A DNA stretch of 64,000 nt from the NCBI RefSeq assembly GCF_016432865.1, contig NC_067400.1:246140001-246204000 (forward strand). Direction: 5' to 3'. Positions 11,985 to 24,925 of the stretch are shown here, in pieces (position 1 is the stretch's first letter; every line of letters starts with the position of its first letter). The DNA is from Antechinus flavipes (Eukaryota). The notes beneath the pieces are model-generated. The model saw only the letters and a list, made by a program, of their open reading frames with translations. It did not search any database and was not told where the DNA came from. The position numbers and the translations under genes were made by a program.

Positions 11985-12760
11985 TTTCAATTTTTATTTT
12001 AACTTTTGCTTTTAGAATATCAGCACAGTTTTCCTTGATAATTTTTTGAAAACTATGTCTATGCTCTTTTTTTAATCATGATTTTCAGGTAGACCAATAA
12101 TTTTTAAATTATTTTTGTTGAGTATGGTTTTCAGGTCAGTTGTTTTTCCAATGAGATATTTCATGTTATTTTCAATTTTTCTTTCCTTTGTTTTTGTTTT
12201 AAAGTTTATTTATTTCTCATAAAATTCTTCCATTTGCTCAATTTTAATTGTAAAGGAATTATGTTCTTTAGTGAGCTTTTGTATTTTCTCATTTGGCCAA
12301 TTTTGCTTTTTAAGCTATTTGTCTATTAGCTTTGTGTATTTCCATTTGCATCACTCTCAACTCTCTTCCCATTTTCCTCTATCTCTCTTACTTTATTTTC
12401 AAAATCCCTTTTGAGTTCTTCCATGGCCTGAGATCAATTCTTATTTTTCTTGGAGGCTTTGGGTGTAAGAGTTTTGACTTTGTTATCTTCTTCTGAGTGT
12501 GTGTTTTGATTTTCTTTATCAACATAGTAACTTTCTATGGTCAGAATCTTTTTCTGTTTTCTGCTCATTTTTCCAGTCTGTTACTCAGCTTTTAACTCTT
12601 TGTTGAAGTAGAGCTCTATTTCCTGTATGGAGGTGCACTGTTTCTAGCTTTAGGGGGTTTGTGAATCTGTTTTTAAGAGATCATTTTAGGGATCTGATCA
12701 CAAACACTTTTTTCTGTCCTGGAACTATTAGGAGTGCCCCTGTTCCACTGTAGCTCTAAG
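11985..12760 (-). mobile_element. L1 ORF1-region fragment
   Basis: T-rich reverse-strand marsupial L1 ORF1 sequence ('tcaggtagaccaataattttt', 'tttccaatgagatatttc'); boundaries approximate. Confidence 0.7.
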
Positions 12761-13099
12761 TTCTAGTGGACCAAAGCAAAAGGGTCCTTTCTCATGAGTT
12801 GAGACTTCACAAAGCTCCCAAAGTTGCCACTGCCACCACAATCCACTCCCATTCCTGGTTTTCTGGTTTCCCAAGGCCCTCTCACCCTACTGACAAATCT
12901 TTCCTGCTGAGCTTCCAAGTAGATTACTTCTAGCTGGCATTTTATCATCTTCTTCAGCTGGCCCATTCTCACCTTCACTTGTAATTTGCGCCTTGACCCT
13001 TTCCCCAAGTGACTTGTGCCTCTACTTAAAACCTTTTCCCATAAATTTTCCATGTTTGGGTATATTCCTTGGCATTTTCATGTTTTCCCTGGCCACAAT

Positions 13100-13745
13100 A
13101 TTTTAGATTTACCTGAGAACAGAGACTATGTTGCCATTTCTTGATAATATCAACCAAGAGTACAATTACTGTCATAGTGAATATACTAAGGAAGTGGTTT
13201 GCTGCTTTTGACATATTTGTTGCATGGATGGATTCCATAAAGCTGTATTCCACCATAATACCAATCTGCAATCTGAAACTTGTATGAGCTTCCATTTGAA
13301 TCTCGAGAAGCATTAATTTATAGAGACAGGATTCTAGCCAGGTAGTTTCAGAAGACTAAGGAGGAAAGTTTAATGAAAGGAAAATAATGCTATCTGGGAA
13401 AAGACTGCCATTAAGGCTGGATAGGGCATCAGCTACATTAACTACTTAGATTTTTGCAACACTATAATCATTTCTCATTACATGAATGAAATTGTGACAA
13501 AGCCTTTTCTGAAAAAGGGAAAGAAATCAAGTGAAACAAAGAGAGACAAAGCAAGAGACAACAGAAAGCAAGCAAGAAAGAAATCAAGGAAAAGAAAGAG
13601 AGAGCAAGAGACAACAGAAAGAAAGAAAGAAAGAAAGGAAAGAAGCAAGCAAGGAAGGAAGGAAGGAAGAAGACCCTTAATAACTTAGAATAAGTGTTGT
13701 CAGGGACTAAATGATATCAGGACTCTGATTTCCCCTGGCAATTTG
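13100..13745 (+). pseudogene. Orphan KRTAP upstream promoter region (gene deleted)
   Basis: Paralogous upstream motifs ('actataatcatttctcattac', 'cccctggcaatttg') end abruptly and join the downstream SINE; no TATA or ORF. Confidence 0.75.
13520..13672 (+). repeat. GAAA/GGAA-rich simple repeat expansion
   Basis: (GAAA)n and (GGAA)n replace the short A-rich tract found in the other promoters. Confidence 0.9.
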
Positions 13746-13938
13746 CCTAGAGTCAGGAAAATTCATTTTTCTAAGTTCAAAACTGTCTTCAGACACTAAC
13801 TTATCTGTGTGACTCTGGACCAGTCACTTAAACCTGTTTACCTCAGTTTCCTCATCTATCAAATGCCTAAAGAAGAAAATTGCAAACTATTCCATTTTCT
13901 TACCCAAGAAATTTTCAAATGATCAAAAAAAAAAAAAA
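13746..13938 (+). mobile_element. CORE-SINE (MAR1-like), 5'-clipped unit-shared copy
   Basis: 'cctagagtcaggaa...cagtcacttaaacctgtttacctcagtttcctcatct' ending in an A-tail. Confidence 0.75.
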
Positions 13939-14247
13939 ACCAACAATTCCCTATCTAGCTATCTCCAAGAACTTTGTTATCACCAAAAAAATCTGAAAAT
14001 TTGAAATAAAGCACAAGTGAATGACCCACCATAAAGACTACACAAAAGTCATATAATAAGTCTAAACATTGTGGTGCCATTTTTTTGCCTTGAATGCCCC
14101 CCATTCATTACAGTCAATGGCACAGTCTGTCCAAATCAGAACAATGACCTAAAGCTAAAGTTCTGCCTCCCATGGAAGTAACTCATGTTGGCAAAGATGC
14201 TCAGCAAAATATTTGAATATTAAAAATCTCTAATAAATTCAAACTTC

Positions 14248-14892
14248 TTAGCAGCCCTGTTTGTAGTGGCTAGAAACTGGAAAATGAATGGATGCCCATC
14301 AATTGGAGGATGGCTGGGTAAATTGTGGTATATGAATGTTATGGAATATTATTGCTCTGTAAGGAATGACCAGCAGGATGAATACAGAGAGGCTTGGAGA
14401 GACCTACATGGACTGATGCTAAGTGAGATGAGCAGAACCAGGAGATCATCATACACTTCGACAACAATATTGTATGAGCATGTATTCTGATGGAAGTTGA
14501 TTTCTATGACAAAGAGACCTAACTGAGTTTCAATGGATAAATGATGGACAGAAACAGCTACACCCAAAGAAGGAACACTAGGAAACAAATGTAAACTATT
14601 TGCATTTTTGATTTTCTTCCCGAGTTATTTTTACCTTCTGAATCCAATTCTCCCTATGCAACAGGAGAACTGTTCGGTTCTGCAAATATGTATTGTATCT
14701 AGGATATACTGCAACATATTTAACATATATAGGACTGCTTGCCATCTTGGGGGGGGTGGAGGGAGGGAGGGGAAAAATCGAAACGTAAGCGAGTGCAAGG
14801 GATAATGTTGTAAAAAATTACCCTGGCATGGATTCTGTCAATGCAAAGTTATTATTAAATAAAATAAAATTAAAATATAAAATAAATAAATA
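14248..14892 (+). mobile_element. Young 5'-truncated L1 (ORF2 C-terminus plus 3' UTR) with TSD
   Basis: ORF 14266-14490 is L1 ORF2 C-terminal (WLGKLWYMNVMEYY); A-rich tail; TSD aataaattcaaac(t/c)tc at 14232-14247 and 14893-14908; several CpGs retained. Confidence 0.92.
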
Positions 14893-16199
14893 AATAAATT
14901 CAAACCTCCAGGGAAAGTTTTGACCTTTGCAGTTCAAAAGTCTGGCTACTTTTCTTAGATTCCTTCAGCAACATTGGCCAGTCTGTCCCTGAAATCTTTT
15001 CCTTACATGATTGCTGGGGAAGAAAGTCAGAGCTTGACATTTGCTGAGTACATACATAGTAGGTGTTTAGTAGATTTTTTTTTATTAAAATTGCATTGTA
15101 GGCAGTGGAGGAAGCACTACAAGTGCTGTAAAATCGAAACTTATCCCTCCTGCTGTAGGTTAGCTTAAAATAAATTTACATTATTATATATTGTTTATAG
15201 GCATTATTCTACATTGAAAAATGATTGCATATATCTATATAGCCACTGCATTTTAAAAGATGTCTTCAGCATCTCATTTCTTTCTAAAAATACCTCCAAA
15301 AGATTGCTCAATTGTTTGCCATGAGACATTCTATGAAGGTCCATTCAATGGAAGAAGATAATTTCTCTCTTAGGCTCTTCTCATTGGGCAAAGAATATTT
15401 CATTCTCTTTACCAAACACAAAAATTTTTTGAGGGGGAAAACACCATATCTGAACCTACCTTATTCCCCCTAAGTATAAGCAGAAGAGATCTACTATTTA
15501 TAGTCTGTGGTGGGTCATTAAAACATGCTAAGAAAGCTAAGTCCCTCAATACTTTCTAAAAACAAGAGTCCAAGTTATATGAAATCAAGCTTTTATTTCC
15601 TGAGCTGGAAGATTTCCTGTCGCATTGTTTCAACTTCTCTGGATGCTACTCCACTTAGTCAAAGACCAGAAATGCATTGAGCAGTGCAGGTTACAGACAG
15701 ACCATCACCTCTATTTTCCTGGGCTCTAGTCCTTCACACCCCATTTTATTGAGTCTCAAGATCACAGTGGGATTTCTCATAGTCATGTGATATTCTGTTG
15801 AGTTTCATCTCTTACTATGCAATTGTGAAATGAAGCTGGAATGAGATATGAGACACCTATTATTGCCCCAAGCACCTTGAGCTAATTTTTCTCCTGATCA
15901 ATCAATCTTCTTCGGATATTGCTCACCCAGTGAATCACAACCTAGTTCTCTTCTCTAGAGTCTCCCAAGTGGTAACATCATCATCTGCCTTTCTAACACT
16001 CAATAGCCCATCTCTACCTCCATACTTATTTCTCCTAAATTCATTGGATCAGTGGGCTATCTATCTCTTCCCCAATCACAGATCCTACCAAATATCATAG
16101 TATCAGCACTTCTTAGTACTTGCACATTTAAATCCTTACCTTTACTGATAGCCTAGCGCCTACTCAAGAGCCCTAGCTGTTCTCCTTTCACTCTTTCAC

Positions 16200-17695
16200 T
16201 TTCGACATCCTGAATGTCACATTCTTGATCTGTATCTTCAAGAGAAACTTGTCTCTCCAGGGATGTTCTCATGGCTAAACCTAAGGGACTCTTCTGAATA
16301 TTCCTGTTTCTTGATTTTTCTTTGGCTTTTGACCATACTGGCCAACTGCTGTTCCTGGTATGCTTCACAATGATATGCCCACTTTTTGTTCCTTCTAATT
16401 CATCTTATTTAGTTCCCCTTTTGTCCATTCATTCAAATCAACTCTGACTGAAGCCCAAGGCTCTGTCTTTTTCACTTCCTCTTTAATTCATGTTTTTTCC
16501 AATGATGAGAAAGTAGACCATTCTTAGATCCTTTGGTTTCCAAGATCTTTTTTTATCCACTCTCTGCTACATGTCCAGATCCAAACCTACATCTCTCCCA
16601 AGATTCAGATCTACATCATTAATAATCAATGAATATAATTTCTACTTGATAGCCTATATACATTTCAAATTGCCCCACTTCTAGAGAAAAATCTTATTCC
16701 ATTCCGGAGTTTCCAAGACATTTCTTTGGACACAGATCCAGACACACAGTATCAATAGTCATTACACAATTTCAGTTTGCTAGCCAATATGTATCTTAAA
16801 CATCCTAAGTCTACAACAGATTTCCTCACCCTCCCTCATGCAAAGCACTCTACCTCTTCTTAACTTCTCTGCTCAAGAGCATCAATATTAAACTAAGAGC
16901 TTAAGTTTATAGTGTCAAGGACTTTCTTGACTCTGCATTATCAATGTACATATTTGATTAGTTGACTAAATTGGATTATTCTACCTTCATGACATCACTG
17001 GCATCCAAACATTTTTTTCCTATCAAATGGTTCCCCTTTGATCAGGCCCTCATAGCATATCTCTTGAAAGAACCTTTGATGGACCCCTTTGATTAAATTT
17101 TTTCCATCCTGATCATCACTCTACTCCACTACCAAAGGAATATTTACAAGGCATTCTTCTGACTTCTTGTCCCCTATGACTCCTCATGTCATCTTATCTT
17201 GTTAGTTGCTTTTTCTTCCATGATGATTTAAATTCATAGTGTCTTTCTGCCATTCTACATTCTTTAGCTGTTCTATTTCCACCTTTCCAGACTGAGTACA
17301 CTTAATTTCCCTTCTTACAATTTTATGATTTTTCCCAAAATAATCTACCTTCTTTCACTCAGATGATGTCCTGCACATGCCTTCTGCCTGACTTTGCACA
17401 GACTGACTGTCCATCCTGCCCAGAATTCTCTCCTCTTTTCTCTCTCTCTCTCTCTCTCTCCCTCTTTTTTTCTCTCTCTCACTATTCAATTATGTTTTCA
17501 ATTCTAAATCCATGTTTAGCTGTTTTTTCCTCTGCTTCCAACATTTTCTCTCATCAACTTTCCATGTTTGCAACAGATGCTGTAGTATTTTCACATTCTC
17601 CATGGCCTTAGGTCTTTAGAGTTGTCTAAGGACAGGGACTCTACCTAGGGACATTTCTTTGTAACCACAAGCATTAGCACAGTAGCTGGTACAGC
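16200..17695 (+). mobile_element. Ancient L2 remnant upstream of K4
   Basis: Ends in an L2 3' terminus-like 'ggacagggact...gcattagcacagtagctggtacag'. Confidence 0.7.
17438..17481 (+). repeat. (CT)n microsatellite
   Basis: Interrupted CT dinucleotide run. Confidence 0.85.
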
Positions 17696-18180
17696 ACAAA
17701 CAGTGGGGAAGTGGTTTGTACTTTGACTGCTTTTGGAATACTTGCTTAATGGATGAATTCCAGCATTGCAGTACTTCAGGACAGTCTGAACTCCAATCTG
17801 AAATTTTTGTCAACCATTTTGTCATTTAAGTTTCAAGAAGCAGTGACTTGGAGAAATAGGATTCCATAATATTTCCAGAAAGCCAGTTAGGCCAATGTAA
17901 TGGAAGGAGGACATTAACATCTGGAAGAGGCTGCTATGAAATCTGGATTGGGATATCAGTCATGTTGACCACAAAGACTTTGCCAACACTATAATCATTT
18001 CATTACAGCTAAGAGATAATGGTAGAGCTTTGGGGGGAAAATCAAATCAAGAGAAAAATCCTTAATGAGCTGGAGGAATTATTCTCAGGAAATAATAATA
18101 ATGGGATTTTGCTCTAGTAATTTGGTTAATGAGAATTATGCAACTCAGAAATGGGTCTGACACACCTCACACTGGAAGAG

Positions 18181-18187
18181 TATAAAA
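18181..18187 (+). promoter_or_regulatory. TATA box of K4
   Basis: TATAAAA 84 bp before the ATG. Confidence 0.85.
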
Positions 18188-18264
18188 GTCCCTGTGTAGA
18201 TGGTGCTGTACACAAGCACAGAACCTACCCTCATCATCCTTCCAAATCTGGGAATCTTGACACA

Positions 18265-18462
18265 ATGAGCTACTATGGCAGCTACTATGGGGGCCTGGGC
18301 TATGGCTATGGCTCTGGTTATGGCTGTGGATGTGGCAGCTACCGTGGCCTAGGCTATGGCTTTGGAGGCTATGGCTATGGAGGCCTGGGCTATGGTGGCT
18401 ATGGCTATGGCTGCTGCCGTCCATCTTGCTGTGGAAGGTATTCTTCCTATGGCTTCTTCTGA
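18265..18462 (+). CDS. KRTAP19-like: K4: high Gly/Tyr KRTAP, 65 aa
   Basis: [28 protein letters not shown]...[16 protein letters not shown]; the track's ATG at 18151 lies upstream of the TATA box and is not used. Confidence 0.93.
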   Translation: MSYYGSYYGGLGYGYGSGYGCGCGSYRGLGYGFGGYGYGGLGYGGYGYGCCRPSCCGRYSSYGFF

Positions 18463-18773
18463 AAAACTCCTTGCTGTTGAGCCTTCTTGGAATCCTTGTT
18501 CCTCTCTGCTTTGAATTAATTCCATAGCCTTGTCACTTCCATCTATGTCCGCAGCCACATTACATGGGAGAGCTACAGCATCAGAGTTTTAGAATCCCCA
18601 CGGATCTCTTGGGGAGGAAAGTGGCAGGGACCACAAAGCGGCAGGACCTGTCTTTCTGGAAAATGATGCAGAATCTCATCTTTTATGAGAGAGATTCTTC
18701 TAACAACAACTCATTTCCAACAAGTTTTCTTAGCTCTGATATACCATGGCTGAGGTTTCTTTTATTATTTTCT

Positions 18774-18779
18774 AATAAA
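18774..18779 (+). terminator. Poly(A) signal of K4
   Basis: AATAAA at the homologous position. Confidence 0.8.
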
Positions 18780-19224
18780 CTTGTTTCTGGATTAACAAAA
18801 TTGTTTTTATCTTTTCTTCTAGACCTCTATATAGTTGGGTTTCAGCCTCTCATCATGAAGACATTTTCAGCCTTGATATACTTAACTGTATTATTGCAGA
18901 AAATTTGCTCTCTAAGGCTTTTTTTTTTTTTTTGCAATGAAGTGATATATTTCCAGATTTCTGTTCAGACAACATTTTTTTTCCTTGTAAAATATCTTTA
19001 TAAAATTTGACTTTTGAATTTTTTCAATTTTAGTACATCATGATATTCAAGTTCCACTTTATTGAAGGCAAGGCATGTATCCCCTCTAAGCTTCTTCCCT
19101 TCTCACACATTCTAAGGACAAATGAACAATGTTTTTCTCTTTAAGGTTTCAAAGAGATTTTCAAGCTTATGACTTCCAGATCCAAGATGTTCCTTATGTC
19201 TGTCAAAATTGGTTTAACTTATTG

Positions 19225-19450
19225 TCTGAGGGAAGCCAGGTGGTGAAGTTGATTAAGTGTTGAGCCTAGAGTTATCTTCTTAAATTCAATTCTGTCTTCA
19301 CACACTAGTTTGCATGACTGGGCAAGTCATTTAACCCTTTTAGCTTCAGTTTTCTTATCTATCAAATGAGCAAGGCAAGAAAACGGCAAATTGCTGTGTT
19401 ATCATCACCAAGAAATCTTTGAATGGACTCCCAATTGATAAACAACTGAA
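19225..19450 (+). mobile_element. CORE-SINE (MAR1-like), unit-shared copy
   Basis: 'ggaagccaggtggtgaagttgattaag...gggcaagtcatttaacc'. Confidence 0.78.
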
Positions 19451-21941
19451 TAATAAATTCTTTGCATACTTTCTTCCAATACATTTTTTTAATCACCAAC
19501 AATCTGAGGCTTTAGGGCACAGCACAAATGAATGATCCATCACAAAGATAACAGAAGAGAGTTATAATCCAAGTGTGAAGGTTGTCATGGAATCTTGTGT
19601 CTTTTGTTAGCCCCATGTCCTCAGGTCAGCTGCAAAGCCTGTCCAATTCAAAGTACTGACCTCAGGCTAAGGCCTCCTGTCCACAGGGAAGGAAGTTCCA
19701 TTGATGCAAGGGCATCCAGAAAAATATTCAAAAACGTCAACTCTCTAATAAATTCAAATACCAAGGGAAAGAAAACAAATGCATTGCTATTCAGCATCTT
19801 GTCTACCAGCCTTTAGATTTCTTACTTCCATAGGCCAACAGGACCCCTGAAATTATGCCCTTTGTATGGGTGCTTGGGAAGAAAACCAACTTAGCACAAT
19901 CTCTAGCACTGACTAGGTGCTTAATAATTGTTTATTGATTGAACTTACATTTCAGACAATGGAGAAACAGTCCAAGTGCTACTAGCAGCATTAGCATAAA
20001 ATGCTTTCCTATTATTATTATTCCTATATATCACTGCTTGGAACTATTCTGAATTGAACAAAAAGCATGTAAATATTTGTATCTCTACTGGAGTTTATAG
20101 AGAAATGTCCTCAAAAGTCTCACTCTATTTGATTTCTACCAAAGCATAATTCCAAAAGATTCACCAGTTATTTATTGGGAAACATTCTATGAGGATCAAT
20201 TCAATGGAAACAAATGAGATGGTTTCTCTCTAGGACACATTGCATTGGGTAAAAAATAATTCATTCTTTTTAGCAAAGACAAAAAATTAGTGTCAGGGTA
20301 GATGGTACAAAAACCATTTTTCAATCTACATTATCCCTGGGAGGGACAAGCAAAAGTGATCTAATATTTTATTAGAATGATGGCCATTGAAACGCCCTAA
20401 GAATGTTAGACAAGTCTCTGGGTGCCCTCTAAAATGAAGAATCTCAGTTCCTTGAAATGAGTCTCTTAGGTTTTGTGGTCTAGACTTTCCCAGATGTTCT
20501 CTAGCTAAGCCAAAGATCAATCATTCATTGAACAATGCATCTCCATTTTCCTGAGCTTTGTACCTCCAGTCACCTGCAGAATATCTGAGACCCTCCATAA
20601 TCTACTACAACATTCTCTATTCTCTACTACATTCTCTCAGTTGGTATCTATCTGATCTGTTGTGTGCTCAGCTCCCTTTTCTCTGACACTAAATATCCCT
20701 TCTCCAGCTCTAAACCAGCATTTTTCCTGAACTAACTTCTAGCTGTCCACCAAGGCCCAGATGGAATGATTTTACCTACCTCATATAATCAGTACTTTTC
20801 AGAACTTCCATATTTAAAAAGTTCATGGTTCTACTGAAGTCACTGGGGCCTACTCAGGATTTCTGGCTACTCTCCTTTATCTTTGAAAGCCCTAAACCTT
20901 AGGTTCCTGACCCTCAACTTCAAGAGAAACTGCTCTCTCCAAAGATCTCAGTGCTGTTCTCATGAACAAAACTAATGACCTCTTCAGAGTTTTTCTTCTT
21001 TTTGACCTTCCTTAGAATTTTGACTGCACTGACCAGCAAGTACTCTCAAGTGTGTTTGACACCACTTTTTCTGGCTAACTGTTCCTTTCTGGTGGACTTA
21101 GGTGGGCCCATTATTCTACCATCTCAGACCCACTATCTCTGGTTGTACTTCTTTTCCTTTTACTCTTCCTTACTCTCTACAGAAATGAGACAAAAGACCC
21201 TTAATTCTCAGAGCTTCATTGATCTTTTCTCTGCCACTCACTGTGAAATCTGCAGATCCAGATATTCATCTCTTTTGAGCACCAGTCCTACACTGTGAAT
21301 TATCATTACCCACAAATTTCAGCTTGATGTTCCCTACATATCTCAAAACCTCCAAGTCTGGTGCAAATTTCCTCATCTTGTCTTGTCTAAAGTATACTGC
21401 TCCTCTCAAATTCTCTATTCCTTTGAAGATCACAGACAAAAAGCCAAGGTTTTAGGTTTACAGCCTTAGAGATGCTCTTGACCTTTCACTATCATAGCAC
21501 TTATTTGATCAATTTACAAAACGTGTCCTATATACTTTGACAACATCTGTAGAATTCAAAAACTTCTCTCAAATCCCATAGTCTAGATTTGCCCTGCCTG
21601 ATCATCTTCCCACTCATATTCCTTCTCCAATCAGCAGTTCAGGGTACTTTTCTGAAGTATTCATCTTACTCCTGTTCCCTTGAAAGTCCTCCAAGTCCCT
21701 GGCCTTGCTCCAATTTTCTTGGAAACTCCAGTTGCTGTTTTATGCTGATTAAAATAAATAGCTTCTATCTGGCATTTTGCCCTCTTCTTTAGCTGGCCCA
21801 TTCCCATCTTTCTAGTCTCAAAACATTTTATTTCACTCCCCATAATTTTAGGGTCTTGCCAGGGCTAGCCTACCTTCTTTTACTCAGACAATGCATTGAA
21901 TGTCTTTTCTGTTTGCCTTTGCACTGCTTGACTGTCCACTC

Positions 21942-22575
21942 TGTGTGGGGATTTAAATTATCCAGCCTATAACAAAAGAGACTGAGACAGTGCTCTGAGT
22001 CTGTGGTATTTTATTCAAGGATAAATGAAGTGAACTTTAGATCTTTCTTATGACATAAGATGCTCTCTTCTCCCAGGGACTTATTTTTATAAGGTTTGAT
22101 ACCATATTTGACATATGAACTTTCAAAAGAGGCTACAAAAAGTATACAATACCACTGGTTGATAGATCTTGCTTCATGGGTCTAAAGATTATGCCTTAGC
22201 TAAAAATGCTAGGTCAGCAAAGGGATCTTGTGAGTAGCAAATATGGGGCATCTCCACTAAGTGGTCATTAAATTGTCACCTGTTCACATGTCACCTTTCA
22301 GAAGAAAAAATGGTCTGAGGTACAAAAATAAGTTGGGGGACTTTCCATGTCATTGAATCACCTTCATCACACTGTGTTTGGTTACCATAATGAGGAAAAA
22401 CAAGGATGAGGGCCTCTAGCTAGCTTCCTATGATTAAGCAAGTGAACTAACAATTTGTAACTCAGAGGTCTTGGGTCTCATATATAGAACTTATAATCAC
22501 TCCTACTCTAGTCCAATCATATGAAATTGACTAATATTGATCAGAATAGTGAGCTCAAATGAATTATTTCTCTCA
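21942..22575 (-). mobile_element. Probable solo LTR inserted in the L2 remnant upstream of K5
   Basis: About 630 bp absent from the paralogous units, starting TG and ending CA, with reverse-strand AATAAA near 22007-22012; TSD not clean. Confidence 0.5.
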
Positions 22576-22775
22576 CTTGCTATGAATCCTCTCTTTCTTC
22601 TTCCCCCTCTGACTTTCTCTGATCCATTATATTCTAAATTCCTAAATCAACTGTGGCACATAACCTTTGTCTTTTCCCAAAAATTTCTTGTGCTTCTGCC
22701 TCTGAGATCTTCTCCCCTCAACCCTCCATATTTGTTATTTTTACCATGTTCCCTCTGGCCTTAAAACTTTTGAGG

Positions 22776-23138
22776 TCCCTGCAAAATGATTTTCAGAACA
22801 GTTCCAATTGTCTTGTGATTGAGAGAGCCATATGCACTCAGAGAGAGGACTGTGGGGACTGAGTGTAGATCACATTATAGTATTTCCATTTTTTTGTTGT
22901 TGTTTGCTTGCATTTTTTCTTTCTCATTTTTTTTCCTTTTTGATCTGATTTTCTTGTGCAGCATGATATTTGTGGAAATATGTATAGAAGATCTACATGT
23001 GTTTAATACATATTGGATTATTTGCCATCTGAGGAGAGGATTGGGAGGGAGAAAAAAATTGGAATACAAGGTTTTACAAGGGTGGATATTGAAAAATGTC
23101 TACGCATATATTTTGAAAATAAAAAGCTTTAAAAAAAA
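22776..23138 (+). mobile_element. L1 3' UTR fragment
   Basis: 'gagagagccat...agagagaggactgtgg' through 'aaaataaaaagctttaaaaaaaaa'; flanked by a 'cttttgag' duplication. Confidence 0.85.
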
Positions 23139-23704
23139 ATCTTTTGAGCTGCCTGAGAACAGGAATATTGTTGGTATTCCTTTTTATCCCTAACATGAGC
23201 ACGATGGCTATTACAGTTCAAAAACTAAGAATATGATTTGTACTTTTGTGGTTTTTGGAGTAGTTACTGAAGTAAATGGATTCAACAAAGCTGATCCACA
23301 ATTTCAACTCAATTCTGAAATTTGTGTGAACTATTCTGTCACTTGAGTCTCAAGATTTGGAGAGACAGAATTCTATAGTGCAAATAAAGAATCACAAGGC
23401 CAGATAACAAAGTATTATGGAATGGGGGAAAATGAGGGATGCCATGAAGCCTGGGTAGAGTATCAGCTACCTTAACTACATACGCTTTGGCTAAATGATA
23501 ATCATTTCTCATTATAGCAAAAAGATAATGGCCAAGCCTTCTCAGAGGAATGACAAATAAAGATAAAATAAACTTTTAATGAGCTGGAGGAATTGTTGTT
23601 AGCAACCAAACAATGACAAGAATGTGATTTTTGCCCTGGTAATTTGGTTAATGGAAGTTATGCAATTCCTAGTTCTGCATCTGCCACACCTGCTAATGGA
23701 AATG

Positions 23705-23711
23705 TATAAAA
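23705..23711 (+). promoter_or_regulatory. TATA box of K5
   Basis: TATAAAA 84 bp before the ATG. Confidence 0.85.
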
Positions 23712-23788
23712 GTCCCTGTGTAGATCATGCTGTACACACTCACAGAATCTACCCTTAACATCCATCCAAATAAGTGAATCCTGACACC

Positions 23789-24016
23789 ATGAGCTACTAC
23801 GGCAGCTACTATGGAGGCCTGGGCTATGGCTATGGCTCTGGTTATGGCTGTGGATGTGGCAGCTACCGTGGCCTAGGCTATGGCTATGGCAGCTGTGGCT
23901 GTAGAGGCCTGGGCTATGGTGGCTATGGCTATGGAGGCTTGGGCTATGGTGGCTATGGCTATGGCTGCTGCCGCCCATCTTGCTGTGGAAGGTATTCTTC
24001 CTATGGCTTTTACTAA
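23789..24016 (+). CDS. KRTAP19-like: K5: high Gly/Tyr KRTAP, 75 aa
   Basis: [28 protein letters not shown]...[16 protein letters not shown]; ACCATG, TATA and AATAAA present. Confidence 0.94.
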   Translation: MSYYGSYYGGLGYGYGSGYGCGCGSYRGLGYGYGSCGCRGLGYGGYGYGGLGYGGYGYGCCRPSCCGRYSSYGFY

Positions 24017-24268
24017 AGAATTACCTGCTCCTGTGGTGTCCCTCCCTGCTTTGGATTAATTCCATGACCTTGGAAGGACATCACTTTCCATCTGCCTCTA
24101 CAGCTGGTTGGTGTGAGAGAACTATCACAAGAAGGTCTTGGAATCTCCAGGAAGCACTCAGGGCAGGGACCAAGAAGAAGCAGGACCTACCCTTCTGGGA
24201 AAAGATGCAGAATCTCCTCCAACAACAGCTCATTTCTACCATGGCTGAGTTTTCTGTTACTGCTTTTC

Positions 24269-24274
24269 AATAAA
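24269..24274 (+). terminator. Poly(A) signal of K5
   Basis: AATAAA at the homologous position. Confidence 0.8.
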
Positions 24275-24711
24275 CTTTCTTCACTGCCTTAACAAAACTG
24301 TTTTTTACCTATGCTTCTTAACTTCTATATATTTGGGTTTTAGCCTATTATTATGAAGAAATTTTCAGCCATTATCTACATTGAAAATTTGTTCTCTAAT
24401 TCATCTTTTGCAATGAGATGACACAAATCATTTTTGTTCAAAAAATACATTATTTTCTTGTTAAATATCTATCTAAAATGGAATTTCTGCAATACTTAAA
24501 TTTGAATACTTCATAATATTTCAGCCACTCTTTACTAGAGGGAAGGTATTTGTCACCTATAAGCTTCATCCCTTCTCACATATTCTAAGCAAACATGGAC
24601 AGGGTTTTTACCTTCAAAGTTTCAAAAAGATTCATATGTTCATTGTGTCATGTTCATGGTTGTCAGTTGTCCCTGATGATTGAGAATTAGTTTAACCTAT
24701 CTCTTGTTGAG

Positions 24712-24925
24712 AGCAGCTCAATAGTGCAGTGTATCAAAGTTTGGCCTCAGACATTAACTAGTCTGGATGACTCTAAACAAGTCACTTCACTCTATTTGCC
24801 TCATTTTCCTCATCTGTCAAAGGAGCCAGAGAAGAAAATGGCAAACCACTCTAATATCTTTGCTAAGAAAATACTAAATGTATTCACTAAGAGTTGGACA
24901 TGAGTGAAAAATGATTAACAGACAA
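24712..24925 (+). mobile_element. CORE-SINE (MAR1-like), unit-shared copy
   Basis: 'caagtcacttcactctatttgcctcattttcctcatctgtcaaaggagccagagaagaaaatggcaaaccactc'. Confidence 0.78.

Noticed and set aside
14266-14490. ORFs 14266, 27368, 28228 and 50227 as a host gene family
   Set aside because: All are L1 ORF2 C-terminal remnants followed by L1 3' UTR and A-tail.
18151-18264. Longer 103-aa (18151) and 129-aa (31071) versions of K4 and K6
   Set aside because: The proposed starts lie upstream of the TATA box and the extra residues are not conserved between paralogs.
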